A stretch of 52,724 bases of DNA. Source: a virus. The DNA is taken from IMG/VR virus record IMGVR_UViG_3300013800_000015, positions 1 through 52,724 of that record; one strand, 5' to 3'. A model generated the notes under the pieces. The model was not told the origin of the DNA, ran no database searches, and saw only the letters and a list, made by a program, of their open reading frames with translations. A program made the translations under genes and the position numbers. Below, piece after piece: positions 15,663-25,700 of the stretch (the stretch's first letter is position 1; every line of letters begins with the position of its first letter).

Positions 15663-16745
15663 TTATCCTTGTGTGCTAGTATATTTTGCGGCAATCGCTG
15701 GCTGAAAATACTCCGCCGAAATTACAGTTACTGAATATGCCGCTAGAACTGAAAATGCTGGAAAGGCTGCTGCTGCTGCGGCTACCGTACCCAATGCGGC
15801 TAAGGTATCTGGTGCGGATTCGCTCGCAGATAGTGCCCCGGAAACTTTTACCGCTCCGGATAATGCCGCTGTATCCTTACCTGTTTCTGTAGCAGCAAGA
15901 CTGCCGCGCACAATAACAGCACCAGCGGCAGCAAATGAATCTGATCCCGTTTCTGATGCTGACAATGCCCCACCCACCAAAACCATGCCGGATGATGAAA
16001 ACGTGTCCGACCCCGTTTCGGTTGCAGACAATGCGCCTGTTACAATCACTTTCCCGCTAGATGCCAGCACATCGGAGCCAGACTCTGTGGCAGCAAATGC
16101 CCCTGTTATTAGCGGCCGAATAGCAAGCGTGTTGTAAACTTTAGAAGCGCCTGTGCCGGATGTGGTGAAAACATCTGGGTCTTCTGTTGCCGTGTTGTTG
16201 TTACGTCGCGCGCTTATCGTTTGCGCAAACGTGGTTCCTGACCCGCTTGTCGTTTGCGTCAGGTTTGTATAATTCGTAGGCCCGGAGGATATCGTCTGCG
16301 TCGTTGATGTATGGCAAGTTGCAAGCCACAACGTATCCAAAGCGCCCCAACCGGGTGAAAGCGATGGGGGATCAGCGGTGGTTCCCGTTGTAGTAGAACC
16401 GGCAGTGCCAGCAGCTATACCAGCTATTAACCCATGCCAGCCCGAAATCCTGTAGCATTGGGCTGACGCTGATTCTGTTGCACTTGTGACAAAATCAACG
16501 GTTCCACCACCCTCGCTTCCAGACGCTACTTTTGCATACGCACCGCCGGTCAAGGCCGTGCCATTAGCAAGTGTATAAAGTTGCGTCCACCCTCCCGGTG
16601 TTGTTACCGTTGCCGCCCCGTCATTTGTGAAAATAACAATTAATGCGTCGCCTGCATTTACCGACGCAGGCATAGAAACTGCGTGCGCGGTCGTGTCTGA
16701 CGCGAACGTTGTTTCTGTTATTGACTCAATGACAGGGAACGCCAT
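15663..16745 (-). CDS. Fibre/receptor-binding-like structural protein with five tandem 22-aa repeats.
   Basis: 360 aa. Ser/Thr/Ala/Gly-rich. Carries the TGALSATETGSDxFxxxGxVxV repeats. Lies in the tail-fibre region. Confidence 0.65.
   Translation of the reverse strand: MAFPVIESITETTFASDTTAHAVSMPASVNAGDALIVIFTNDGAATVTTPGGWTQLYTLANGTALTGGAYAKVASGSEGGGTVDFVTSATESASAQCYRISGWHGLIAGIAAGTAGSTTTGTTADPPSLSPGWGALDTLWLATCHTSTTQTISSGPTNYTNLTQTTSGSGTTFAQTISARRNNNTATEDPDVFTTSGTGASKVYNTLAIRPLITGAFAATESGSDVLASSGKVIVTGALSATETGSDTFSSSGMVLVGGALSASETGSDSFAAAGAVIVRGSLAATETGKDTAALSGAVKVSGALSASESAPDTLAALGTVAAAAAAFPAFSVLAAYSVTVISAEYFQPAIAAKYTSTQG
15777..16106 (-). repeat. Five tandem 66-nt (22-codon) degenerate repeats inside the 15663..16745 gene.
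   Basis: aa 214-323: TGAFAATESGSDVLASSGKVIV / TGALSATETGSDTFSSSGMVLV / GGALSASETGSDSFAAAGAVIV / RGSLAATETGKDTAALSGAVKV / SGALSASESAPDTLAALGTVAA. Confidence 0.85.
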
Positions 16746-16756
16746 ACTTTACGGTA

Positions 16757-17131
16757 TTACGCGTGTGTAATAGTTGCGGAATCGATGCGCACAGTTTGGC
16801 CCGCTGTAATATTGACCGAATCCACATTGATATCGGATCCAGATAGGCCAACCGTCAAACCTGTAATAATATCAGTCCCGCCACTGGCAGTTCTGATTCG
16901 TGCTGCCGCGGCTGTCCCGGTGTTGTCGGCACTTGTATCAGACCGAGGGAATCCTGAAAGCGTCAAGACAGCGCCGGAAGCAGCGGCTGCAATTGGATTC
17001 CCAAGCGCTATAGTGGCGAGCACGGTGCCCATTGCTGACGTACCTATTTCCAGCACAGCAGTTGTGCCAGCCGCCGTCGTTACTGCGTCGAGTCGTGCAT
17101 TTTTTACTGCCGTTGTGTACGTTACGGTCAT
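16757..17131 (-). CDS. Hypothetical Ala/Thr/Gly-rich late protein.
   Basis: 124-aa ORF. Its start overlaps the end of the i-spanin gene. Confidence 0.55.
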   Translation of the reverse strand: MTVTYTTAVKNARLDAVTTAAGTTAVLEIGTSAMGTVLATIALGNPIAAAASGAVLTLSGFPRSDTSADNTGTAAAARIRTASGGTDIITGLTVGLSGSDINVDSVNITAGQTVRIDSATITHA

Positions 17132-17601
17132 TTTATCACCTGTAATTTGTTAATCTGTAATTCGCAAAGATTTGCCAGCGTTATTGCCGCGCGCGCAATA
17201 TCATTATCTGCTTCATTATTTCGTCTTTCTCTCTCTTGGTTATCGTTACCTGCTCCGGGCACGGAGTCTTTACCGCAACTTGCTGCGGGGCGATTGTTTC
17301 GCAGCCGCTTAGTAAGATTATCGATATCGTCATTAAGATCGTTAGTCCGTGTTGCATAAATTGTGATCGCATCTTGTAACCTCGCTGTCTGTTCTTTGTT
17401 TGACTGCTCAACTTTGGCCTTTTCAGTGGCCATCAGTTCCGCGCTTTGTCTTGCTGTGTCGGCGTCGCGCAAAGCCACTTCCTTTGCCGCCTTCTCATAC
17501 CCAATCTGTTGTTGATGGTACGCCCAGCCGAAGTATGCACCTAGGACAAGGATGGCCATTAATACATAAGCCGCTAGTTTTATTTGTAATGGGGGGATCA
17601 T
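17128..17601 (-). CDS. i-spanin (Rz-like inner-membrane spanin subunit).
   Basis: N-terminal TM helix LAAYVLMAILVLGAYFGWAY followed by a charged coiled-coil periplasmic domain. It contains an embedded lipoprotein ORF in another frame. Confidence 0.75.
   Translation of the reverse strand: MIPPLQIKLAAYVLMAILVLGAYFGWAYHQQQIGYEKAAKEVALRDADTARQSAELMATEKAKVEQSNKEQTARLQDAITIYATRTNDLNDDIDNLTKRLRNNRPAASCGKDSVPGAGNDNQERERRNNEADNDIARAAITLANLCELQINKLQVIK
17181..17372 (-). CDS. o-spanin (Rz1-like outer-membrane lipoprotein), fully embedded in the i-spanin gene.
   Basis: MRSQFMQHGLTILMTISIILLSGC has the lipobox LSGC. The mature peptide is 40 aa, Pro-rich, with a second Cys. GAGG lies 8 nt upstream of ATG 17372. 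Confidence 0.75.
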   Translation of the reverse strand: MRSQFMQHGLTILMTISIILLSGCETIAPQQVAVKTPCPEQVTITKREKDEIMKQIMILRARQ

Positions 17602-17709
17602 TTAATCCTCGCAAGAATCTTCTTTTCTTCGTTTGTGCAACATGCACGACCTAATGTCACCCTGGATTGTATCAAGTTTGTTCAAAACAGTCTCGGTGTG
17701 TGCGTTTTA

Positions 17710-18702
17710 TCACAACTGCTGCTGATATATTCTTTCTGGCATATTTGCCGCAAACTCTGCCGCACTAAGTAGCGGATCGCCGCCATTTACTCTGTATTCG
17801 GAGGACATATCTTCGTAGCAATCAGGATGGCGAAAAGTTGCAAAATAATGAGTGCGACGCGTTCCGTCGTTATTGATCAGCGACCATCGCCCGCCGCCAA
17901 TTGCGGGGGTATACGGCGCACCATACAGCGCCCCCGTGCCTCCCTCAAGATCGTCATCGTATCCAACATCAGCACCGGCATTGGCCAGAAACTCTGGTGT
18001 GCCGTTTAACGAATTCCCGTCGGCAGATATTAGCTGCGTTTCAAATGTACACATAATACCAGCCACATCTTCCGGGTCAGTTAGTACCACCCTGGCCATT
18101 GTAGGCCCGTGGATTAGCCGATACTTGCCGGTTGCGGCCGAGTCTGTCGACCAGTCCGTCGGGGTGGGGCAAAATGCGAACGCCGGAATGTTGACCCCGC
18201 CACGAAATATCCGTCTGGCCGCCCCATCAGACGGGCTAAAAGCGCCGACCGGAAACATGGTCACCGATTTTAGATTGTTTGTGCCGACGTCAGCGCGAGT
18301 CCATATTCCCGTGGCTGCTGATTTAATATAGCATTGAGCGTTCATAACCCTTAGTGCGGCGTTGGTGCAAGTATTATTGCTTGACGGTGTGAAGCCTACC
18401 CACGGCACCACGCGATTAGCCCATCTCGCTTGCAGCAATTCTTTTGCCTGAGTTTTTGGTCCGTCGGGGGCGTCGCTTGTATCCCATCCGCTGAGGAATG
18501 AATCATTTAGGTTATCTCCGTATAGCCGCTTACCCATGCCGAAAAATCCTTTCAGTGGCCAGCTAGGGCCTGTTGGTGGCGGAGTGGCTGGCGCGCCCAT
18601 GATAGCTTTGCCGCCCTCGTTTAACCCCATGAAGGGATAGATAGTGTCATAATCGAACGGTGTTCCGAGTAACGCGTCTGGTTTTAATCGTTGGATAGTC
18701 AT
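17710..18702 (-). CDS. Hypothetical late/tail-associated protein.
   Basis: 330-aa ORF in the fibre region. No motif recognised. Confidence 0.6.
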   Translation of the reverse strand: MTIQRLKPDALLGTPFDYDTIYPFMGLNEGGKAIMGAPATPPPTGPSWPLKGFFGMGKRLYGDNLNDSFLSGWDTSDAPDGPKTQAKELLQARWANRVVPWVGFTPSSNNTCTNAALRVMNAQCYIKSAATGIWTRADVGTNNLKSVTMFPVGAFSPSDGAARRIFRGGVNIPAFAFCPTPTDWSTDSAATGKYRLIHGPTMARVVLTDPEDVAGIMCTFETQLISADGNSLNGTPEFLANAGADVGYDDDLEGGTGALYGAPYTPAIGGGRWSLINNDGTRRTHYFATFRHPDCYEDMSSEYRVNGGDPLLSAAEFAANMPERIYQQQL

Positions 18703-18703
18703 T

Positions 18704-19552
18704 TTATATTGGCATCGCTATAAAAGTATAATCGAGTAGCGCGAAAGTGTCGCCAGAAGTCCCTTTGATGTTAAGATTAACATAGACTGCATCCACTGTT
18801 GACATATACAAACCTTTATCCATCACGGCAGAAGTGCCACCCGTGCTGTTCGTTGGTAGCCAGCTTTTAGTAGTTATGCCGCAGGTTGTGTCTCCAGTGG
18901 AGCTGGAAGAAACGCTCACCCCTGCGGACGTTATTACAAATTCAACGTCAAGCTGGAAATGCCTACCAGAGGCGTTTGTTATTGGGGCTGGGGTGTAAAA
19001 CAATTGATCGTTATTAGTCACTGATCCGCCGGGAGCTTGCCTACCAATTCTGGCCAATACGTCCCATGTGGCCGTTGCCCCAGTCTTGATAAATGTAGCT
19101 TTCAGCCGACCCCGGAATCCTTCATACAGCATATATGCCGGTATCATTATGGGATTCAAACTGCCCCACATGCTTGTTTCAGCGCTTGCTGCCGCAGGGG
19201 TTACGCCTGAAACCAATGGGGTGGCGACAGTGCCGCTTTTAGAATATAAAATCTGACCGGCATCGGCAAAGCGCCAGACCTTGTTGTCAGATTGCCGTTT
19301 AATGCCAAGCGGGGTTGCCCCGCTGCCAGTCAGGCATGACGGGTCCGTTAGAATCTCGGTGTATTTTGGCACGTCAGCAGGATTAGGTTCGTACCCATAC
19401 GTGTAAACTGGTGTGCTGAAGTCAATTGTGTTTCCAGCAGCATCTACAATCCCGTCTATCCCCCCATCCGACCCCGCAAGATAGGTAGGAAGACTCAGGA
19501 ACCGCCGAAGTAGTCTTGATTCCCGCAGAGCGTTAGTTGCGAACCATCCCAT
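18704..19552 (-). CDS. Hypothetical late/tail-associated protein.
   Basis: 282-aa ORF, tightly packed with its neighbours. Confidence 0.6.
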   Translation of the reverse strand: MGWFATNALRESRLLRRFLSLPTYLAGSDGGIDGIVDAAGNTIDFSTPVYTYGYEPNPADVPKYTEILTDPSCLTGSGATPLGIKRQSDNKVWRFADAGQILYSKSGTVATPLVSGVTPAAASAETSMWGSLNPIMIPAYMLYEGFRGRLKATFIKTGATATWDVLARIGRQAPGGSVTNNDQLFYTPAPITNASGRHFQLDVEFVITSAGVSVSSSSTGDTTCGITTKSWLPTNSTGGTSAVMDKGLYMSTVDAVYVNLNIKGTSGDTFALLDYTFIAMPI

Positions 19553-19809
19553 TACGATACCTCCGTAAAGTCAAGCGCAAGCACGGCGGCTTCTGTGCCC
19601 TTGAAAATAAATTCGTTTGTGTTTATACCCGAAGTGTTCTTCGCCCAGTCAACATGGCCGGTTGCGTCTTCGGTACGAAATACGGCCCACTCTGCATCAG
19701 TTTCCCGTGTTGCAGGGGTTTTAGCTATCGCTGTGTATGTGAAGCCACCTGCGAAATAATTCCGGCTTTTCGATATCGCTATATTTGCTACCACGTCACG
19801 ACCAAGCAT
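19552..19809 (-). CDS. Hypothetical late protein.
   Basis: 85-aa ORF. RBS gggaggttcaaATG. Confidence 0.55.
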   Translation of the reverse strand: MLGRDVVANIAISKSRNYFAGGFTYTAIAKTPATRETDAEWAVFRTEDATGHVDWAKNTSGINTNEFIFKGTEAAVLALDFTEVS

Positions 19810-19850
19810 TTGAACCTCCCATATTCGCTGACATTCTATCCCGCTAAGCC

Positions 19851-20927
19851 TTAAATATCAAACATCTTTTCAACCACAACCCGCGTCAAATTACTTTCCA
19901 CATCAAATGTCGTGGGTGTGACATGCAACACAAAGAAATCACCGACCTCAAGTCGAATCATCTGGCAAGCATTGCCGTTTCTATCGTTAAGCCCGATGCG
20001 TGTGGTGAACCGTGTTTCAAGCGTGCTCAAATCGGTTATCGATTCTATGGCTGTGGTTAGTTCGGTAGAATTTACCGTGATTCCTGCATACGCTGGTGAT
20101 GTTCCCCCCGATCCGCCGCCCACTTCCTCGTATAGCACCTTAAACCATCCGGCCTCGGTACACTCGAACCGTCCGCCATTGTTCGCGCTGTCTGTATAAG
20201 TGATCCCTGGGCACTCCTCCTTGACAACATTGAGCAGCCTCCTGACCGCCGTATTGACCGCCCCTGTGCCGTTTCCTGTATTCAGCTCATGCCTTCCAGT
20301 TGCCGCCAGTGGATTAAGCTTGCCATGAAAGTCTCGTAGGTCAGCTATTCGGACATTGGATATTCCGGTATCCCCAGTCTGAATATACACCCGCGCAAGG
20401 GGGAATGCCCCTTTGGGCAAAGTCGGATCAAACGTGGAAGGATAGGGTGCTGTATCTAGGCCGTTCGCAACAAAGTCTGTCTTGACTGCCGCCGCCGAAG
20501 TCCCTGTCAAGATTGCCACGGCTGGGCCAGCTTGCCCAATGTAGGCGTAGACAATATCGTATCGCCCATAGTTGGCGGTTCCCGGCGCAGCGTCAAGCAG
20601 TAAAGAATCATTCGATTGGTCAATTGTGTTGATATTGTTCGACAGAAAGGCTTCCCCGTAAATCCACGCGATGTTCGGATATTCTTCCGTGCGCAGCGGA
20701 TTACTTTCAATGTCCGGGTTCAAGTGGGCACCATCGCCCGATGCCTGTCCATCAAGTGCGAGATACAGGTCTGATGCTGAAGTACCTTGTGTTATCTTGC
20801 AGCCGTAAACACAGTAGTCACCCACCATCACAAAGAGCTTACCGGGATCACGAACCCCATTAACTAGCGCCCTCAGCGACGCTATTTGTTGGCTCATCGC
20901 TTGAAGTTGCTGTGGTATTGTCGACAT
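19851..20927 (-). CDS. Hypothetical late/tail-fibre-associated protein.
   Basis: 358-aa ORF. RBS gagggaaacaataATG. Confidence 0.6.
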   Translation of the reverse strand: MSTIPQQLQAMSQQIASLRALVNGVRDPGKLFVMVGDYCVYGCKITQGTSASDLYLALDGQASGDGAHLNPDIESNPLRTEEYPNIAWIYGEAFLSNNINTIDQSNDSLLLDAAPGTANYGRYDIVYAYIGQAGPAVAILTGTSAAAVKTDFVANGLDTAPYPSTFDPTLPKGAFPLARVYIQTGDTGISNVRIADLRDFHGKLNPLAATGRHELNTGNGTGAVNTAVRRLLNVVKEECPGITYTDSANNGGRFECTEAGWFKVLYEEVGGGSGGTSPAYAGITVNSTELTTAIESITDLSTLETRFTTRIGLNDRNGNACQMIRLEVGDFFVLHVTPTTFDVESNLTRVVVEKMFDI

Positions 20928-21081
20928 TATTGTTTCCCTCTTCTACGTGCATGGATATTTCAGGTACTGCCGCCATCAGCGAAGCAAGCATTCCGTTTCC
21001 AAGTTCTGGTGTGATCTTGTTGCCTATGTTCTGGTTAAGTATCACAATAAACTGCTGCTGAATTTTAGCACGATCAAACAT
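20860..21081 (-). CDS. Hypothetical small late protein.
   Basis: 73-aa ORF between the fibre gene and the 358-aa gene. Its 3' end overlaps the next gene by 68 nt. Confidence 0.45.
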   Translation of the reverse strand: MFDRAKIQQQFIVILNQNIGNKITPELGNGMLASLMAAVPEISMHVEEGNNNVDNTTATSSDEPTNSVAEGAS

Positions 21082-21091
21082 ATTTTCTCCT

Positions 21092-22720
21092 TTAAGTTAT
21101 CCAGCACATTATGCGCAAAGTTGTTGTGCCGTCTGAAACTACCCACCAAGAATTTGAGCTATTAGCCCCGGGTTTATTTGTCAAAACAACCGTAGCCGTT
21201 GCGCTGCCTGTTGTCACAGAACCCGTGGTGAAGCCGTTCCATTTTTGTGCGTTGAGGTTTGTGACTAAAGTATCGTTGTTGATAGTCATTTTACCAGTTA
21301 CTTGCAGTGCAGTACCTGTTGAAAGATTACGCGCCCAAACACCAACCGAAGCAGCGGTTTGGCCTTCACCATACACGGCGGTCTGACTTGTTCCGTTACT
21401 GATACCGTAAATTCCGATGCCCGAGGTTCCGGCAGCACCCACAACCCCGTGCGTTGCGCCGCCGGTCATGTTGGCAAATACCGCAGCGACCAACCCTGAA
21501 ACAGTAGCACTACCCCTGAATTGCCCTTGTCCCGTTATGTTGATATTACTCCCGCCGGTAATATCTCCCTTAAACGTTGCCGCACCCGTCGCAGCCTCCA
21601 ACGTAAAGGTTGCCGTCCCAGCATTGGCCCCGATAATCCCCCACTCAGTAACCGCAATTCCGGTTCCACCCGTCAGCGCACCAGTCGTTGAGTTCCAGGT
21701 GATTGTCCCCGTCTTGATCGCCCCTGCATCCGTGGGCACTAACACCCCTTTCAGAACAGAAGTACCAGAAACTAAAAGCGCATCGCTGATCGATTTACCG
21801 CTCGAGGCATTGCTGCTAATTGTCGAAAGCGCGACACCGCCCACAGTTACCGAACCGGTTATGACACTTCCCGCGCTGATCGTTCCAGCAAATGCCGCAT
21901 TGCCAGAAGAATCCAGCGTAATGCTTGTTACCCATGCGCCATCACTCGCGCGATTGTAGCCAATCCCAATTCCTGTGGCGGATATGCCCAGCGCAGGCTT
22001 AACTGATCCAGGCGCGGCTGTTCCCAGAAAGACAGCATCTTTGTGGCGTAGTGCCACAAAAGCATTGCTCACGTTAACGTCGAGCCGGAAATTGCTCCCA
22101 ATCCCGCCTAGGATATTTGTCACACCTGCACTTAGCGCGGATTGTACGTTTGCCCCTGCCGCTAGACTATCTAGCGACATTCCAGAAGAGTTGTTGAGTT
22201 TTACACTTCCTGCAATAATGCTACCTGCCTGTAGCGTCCCAGTAACCACAGCATCCACGCAAGTCATCACCCCCGCAGAACTTACCGAAAACTTGGGCGA
22301 ACTCGTACCACCCAGGACAATTGTCCCAGTATCTAGGTTAAATTGCGAACCGGTACTGGTTGACCAATTGAACGACTCAATCACCCCGGTCTGTACCTTC
22401 CCGCCCGTGATTCTAGTCATGCTGCTTGGATCAATACCGCCCGTAGGATTGCCAGATATGTCCCGAATCCAGTCAACAATATTAAGCTGTCCAACAACGC
22501 TGACCTGATCGCCCATCAGAACGATATCCCGATCTGTCAGTAGGATCTTCGCTAGGGCATTGCTATCAACCTTATGCTCGATCTTCTTAGTGGCTTGGTC
22601 TATTCTGTTGGTAAGCTCGTTGATTAGCGCGTAAACATCAACACCTTCATCTGGCGCAGTAGGCAGAGAATTATCGTTGTTGCGCAGTGGTGATGGCTGA
22701 AGATATAACCCTGTGTTCAT
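21092..22720 (-). CDS. Tail fibre protein.
   Basis: About 542 aa, Gly/Ser/Thr/Ala-rich and repetitive (GTLQAGSIIAGSVKL, GTISAGSVITGSVTVGG). It lies directly after the J-like gene with an ATGA stop/start overlap at 22717-22720. Confidence 0.7.
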   Translation of the reverse strand: MNTGLYLQPSPLRNNDNSLPTAPDEGVDVYALINELTNRIDQATKKIEHKVDSNALAKILLTDRDIVLMGDQVSVVGQLNIVDWIRDISGNPTGGIDPSSMTRITGGKVQTGVIESFNWSTSTGSQFNLDTGTIVLGGTSSPKFSVSSAGVMTCVDAVVTGTLQAGSIIAGSVKLNNSSGMSLDSLAAGANVQSALSAGVTNILGGIGSNFRLDVNVSNAFVALRHKDAVFLGTAAPGSVKPALGISATGIGIGYNRASDGAWVTSITLDSSGNAAFAGTISAGSVITGSVTVGGVALSTISSNASSGKSISDALLVSGTSVLKGVLVPTDAGAIKTGTITWNSTTGALTGGTGIAVTEWGIIGANAGTATFTLEAATGAATFKGDITGGSNINITGQGQFRGSATVSGLVAAVFANMTGGATHGVVGAAGTSGIGIYGISNGTSQTAVYGEGQTAASVGVWARNLSTGTALQVTGKMTINNDTLVTNLNAQKWNGFTTGSVTTGSATATVVLTNKPGANSSNSWWVVSDGTTTLRIMCWIT

Positions 22721-25700
22721 AATCGCGTCCAATCGGTTATTGGTACAATTGGTGATCTTATCACGCGCATACCCTCAAGCACATAGGTTGCCATCGTCAC
22801 GGCTATCCAGCTACCAGGTGGAACCTGAATTTGGGCATCTGATGAACCCTCAAAAACATTGTTCTCCACCTCAACGAAATTGCTTGCCGGTACAAGAATT
22901 GTTTCAGTTCCCGCGCCAGGCGCAGGATAGTACCGCACCTTGTCTGCTGTCTTTTGCGTTGTGCCTTCTTGGGCACGGTCAACAGCTATTCGATATTCCC
23001 CGGATGTATAACTGATCGCTGTCCATTTGGCCACTTCCATCGATCCGTCCGCAGCCACTACCTGCATCAACTTGAAATCTTCCGAACGCTCATCTGCCCA
23101 AGCAAGCTCTACCCATGTGAGCGTGTCCCCAGGCCCCGGTACTGTTGGGAAGGCTTCGGCGAACTGAAAGGCGGTCGAGGTGGATCCAGTGGCCTTTCGG
23201 TACACCACCCCATCCAACGATCCCCAGAAGAATCCTGAAAGGTCAATGCTGGGCAAAGGGTTTGCTGTAGTTGCCACCACAACATTGTCGCTTGCAGACC
23301 CGGCCAAGATAGTGAATGACCCGCTATTAAGCACATTTGCCTCGTCAACCGTGACATACGTACTATGATCTGTTACGTCCAACTCTCTGGGCACTTGCTG
23401 AATGGATACCATCAGCGCAATGGCCGAAGGTATGGCTACTGATATATCCAGATTGATGCGCAGCTTCACCCGAGTGACTAGCCCTTGCGCGTCCATTTCA
23501 TAAAAACCTTTTATTGCAGACGGTGCTGGAAGTCCAAGCTCTGAAACAGAGGTAACGTTAACCTCTTGGACGGCTGTCCAAAGTGATTCAGTTAAGCCGA
23601 AGTATCCCGGCAATCCCTGCAAAACCCCTTTCTGTTTTGCCTGAAGCTCGTAAATCCCCTCGACCGGCACATCGATCACGATCACGGAAGTAGTAACTGG
23701 AAAATAAATCCAAGGCTCTAAGCTGTCCTTCACCCGGTAGCGAATAACAACCTCTCGATTACTTACCGCCACATGCTCATCCGGTATGCTGCCTACAACA
23801 ATAATTCTCTGGCGCAGCCTCCCGCTAGTAACATCATCCCCATACAACTCTGCGCGAACGCTCTCGATTACTGGCGTTGCCAGAGATAGCGGGAAAAGTC
23901 TTCCGGTAATGTTTGAATCAAATGGCGGGATAATGCCCGTATCCGCGTCGTAAATCGCTGGCGCATGATCAACAAAGGTAACCTCTGCAACTAGGTCATG
24001 CTGGCGGCGAATACCCAAGCAGATCAATTCCACTGCGGTGGTATCCGCCACGTTAAACATACACAGATTATCAACTTGCGGCCCGTCCACTGTCGGCACG
24101 GTTCCCGTAAATGTCAGCGTATCCGTCTCATTCTCTGTGTTAACAACGCTCATCACAAGTGATGATCCGTCATTCAATCTAAAACGAATAGCGTATGTTT
24201 CACCAACCTCCATTAATACCAAGTCATCAAGCACAACTCCTGTTGTATTTGAGCCTGAAGTCTGGATGGATTTCACTCTGCCCCAATGATCCCCCCATCG
24301 CGGCACGTCGTGCGAAACCATAAGCAGATCGTTACGGCGGAAGGTCAAATGCTCAAAGTCCATAAAAACGGTGTACGTTTCAGGTCTCAGCCTTGCCTGG
24401 GCTATCTGATACCGGCCAAACTTCCACGCAAGGTCAGAACTCGTTATTCCTTTGAACTCCAGCCGCTCGATTACCGTGGCATTGCTTGAATCATACCCGT
24501 CATCATAGGCGTAAATCTCATCTTCCAGGTAGTCTTTATCTTCATTGTTGAATATGACCTTAAAGGCATGTGGTCGGTTAATTAGTGTCTTTTCAGAACG
24601 AAACCCCCAACTGTTGCGTGGCGTAACATGCCCTTTTACTGTTCTGGTGGCCTGATCAAAATCAACGCTCCACTTGCCATAAGGCAACGAAGGCGCGCCC
24701 CTACCAGCAAAGGCGATATCCGCTAACGTATCCCACACGCTTGATACCGTTTCACGCACCTGGTTGAAGGTATATCCCTCAGTCTCGCAAAGTTCGTACC
24801 ATTCCCCAAGCGTTTCGTCATCGATCTGATCCAATGACCTAGGCTGCTTGTTTGCAGGATGAACCAACACGCCACGGAATAATGCTGCTGGATTATTCGA
24901 GACATCCGTTGCCGTTGTTTCCCATTCCCCATCAATGAAACGTGGCGCATACGAAGAGGCAAGGCAGTTTACAATGTCAATCTGATTCTGCACGCCCTCA
25001 GTTGCCTTGATTCTCAGCGCTATTTGCGCCATAGGTACGGGAAAGTTTAACGGTGGATCATTTGACGTGCCACGGAAAACTGTCCAATAAATAAGGTCTG
25101 ACGTTTTTTCATCCGTGGTGTCTGCCGTGATTCTGGCTAAACCTACTTCATAGGATTTCGTTCTGTCAACTTTGCCGAAAAATGATCTGCGCACCAATGA
25201 CGTTGTAGTGCCTGTAATGATGAATGGACTTTCAGGAAATTTAACACTACCGGAAGTTATCTGTATGTCACCCCCAACCTCAGATACCACCATTCCCGTT
25301 TTTCCGGTTCCAGAAAAATTCGTCAGTCCAGACACAAGCCCAAAGTTCACATTCCACTTTGCAATTGCGATTGTTCCAGGCTTCGGTAGGCTAGATTGAG
25401 ATAGCTCAATGTCTCCACTCATCGCCGCCGACACGAACCAATCGCCATTGGCCATTGTGCTTATCGCGCGGGAGGCTGCGGGAAACGAAATAGCGTCACT
25501 AAGGTACGTCCAATCAACGTCACCCACTACTCGATATCGAATACCATATTGAACAGTCACCGGCCTGCGCTTACCTAACTTGTTGTAGCGAACTAAACCT
25601 TGCGGGAAGGATACTTCCACACTGAGTTCATCATAACCGGCAGGCATGATTCTATCCACCCAGCCTGTTGCCGATTCCAGTTTTACATCAACACGTGTCT

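Noticed and set aside
15663-22732. A diversity-generating retroelement targeting the fibre genes.
   Set aside because: There is no reverse transcriptase gene and no template/variable repeat pair. The only repeats are in-gene tandem units.
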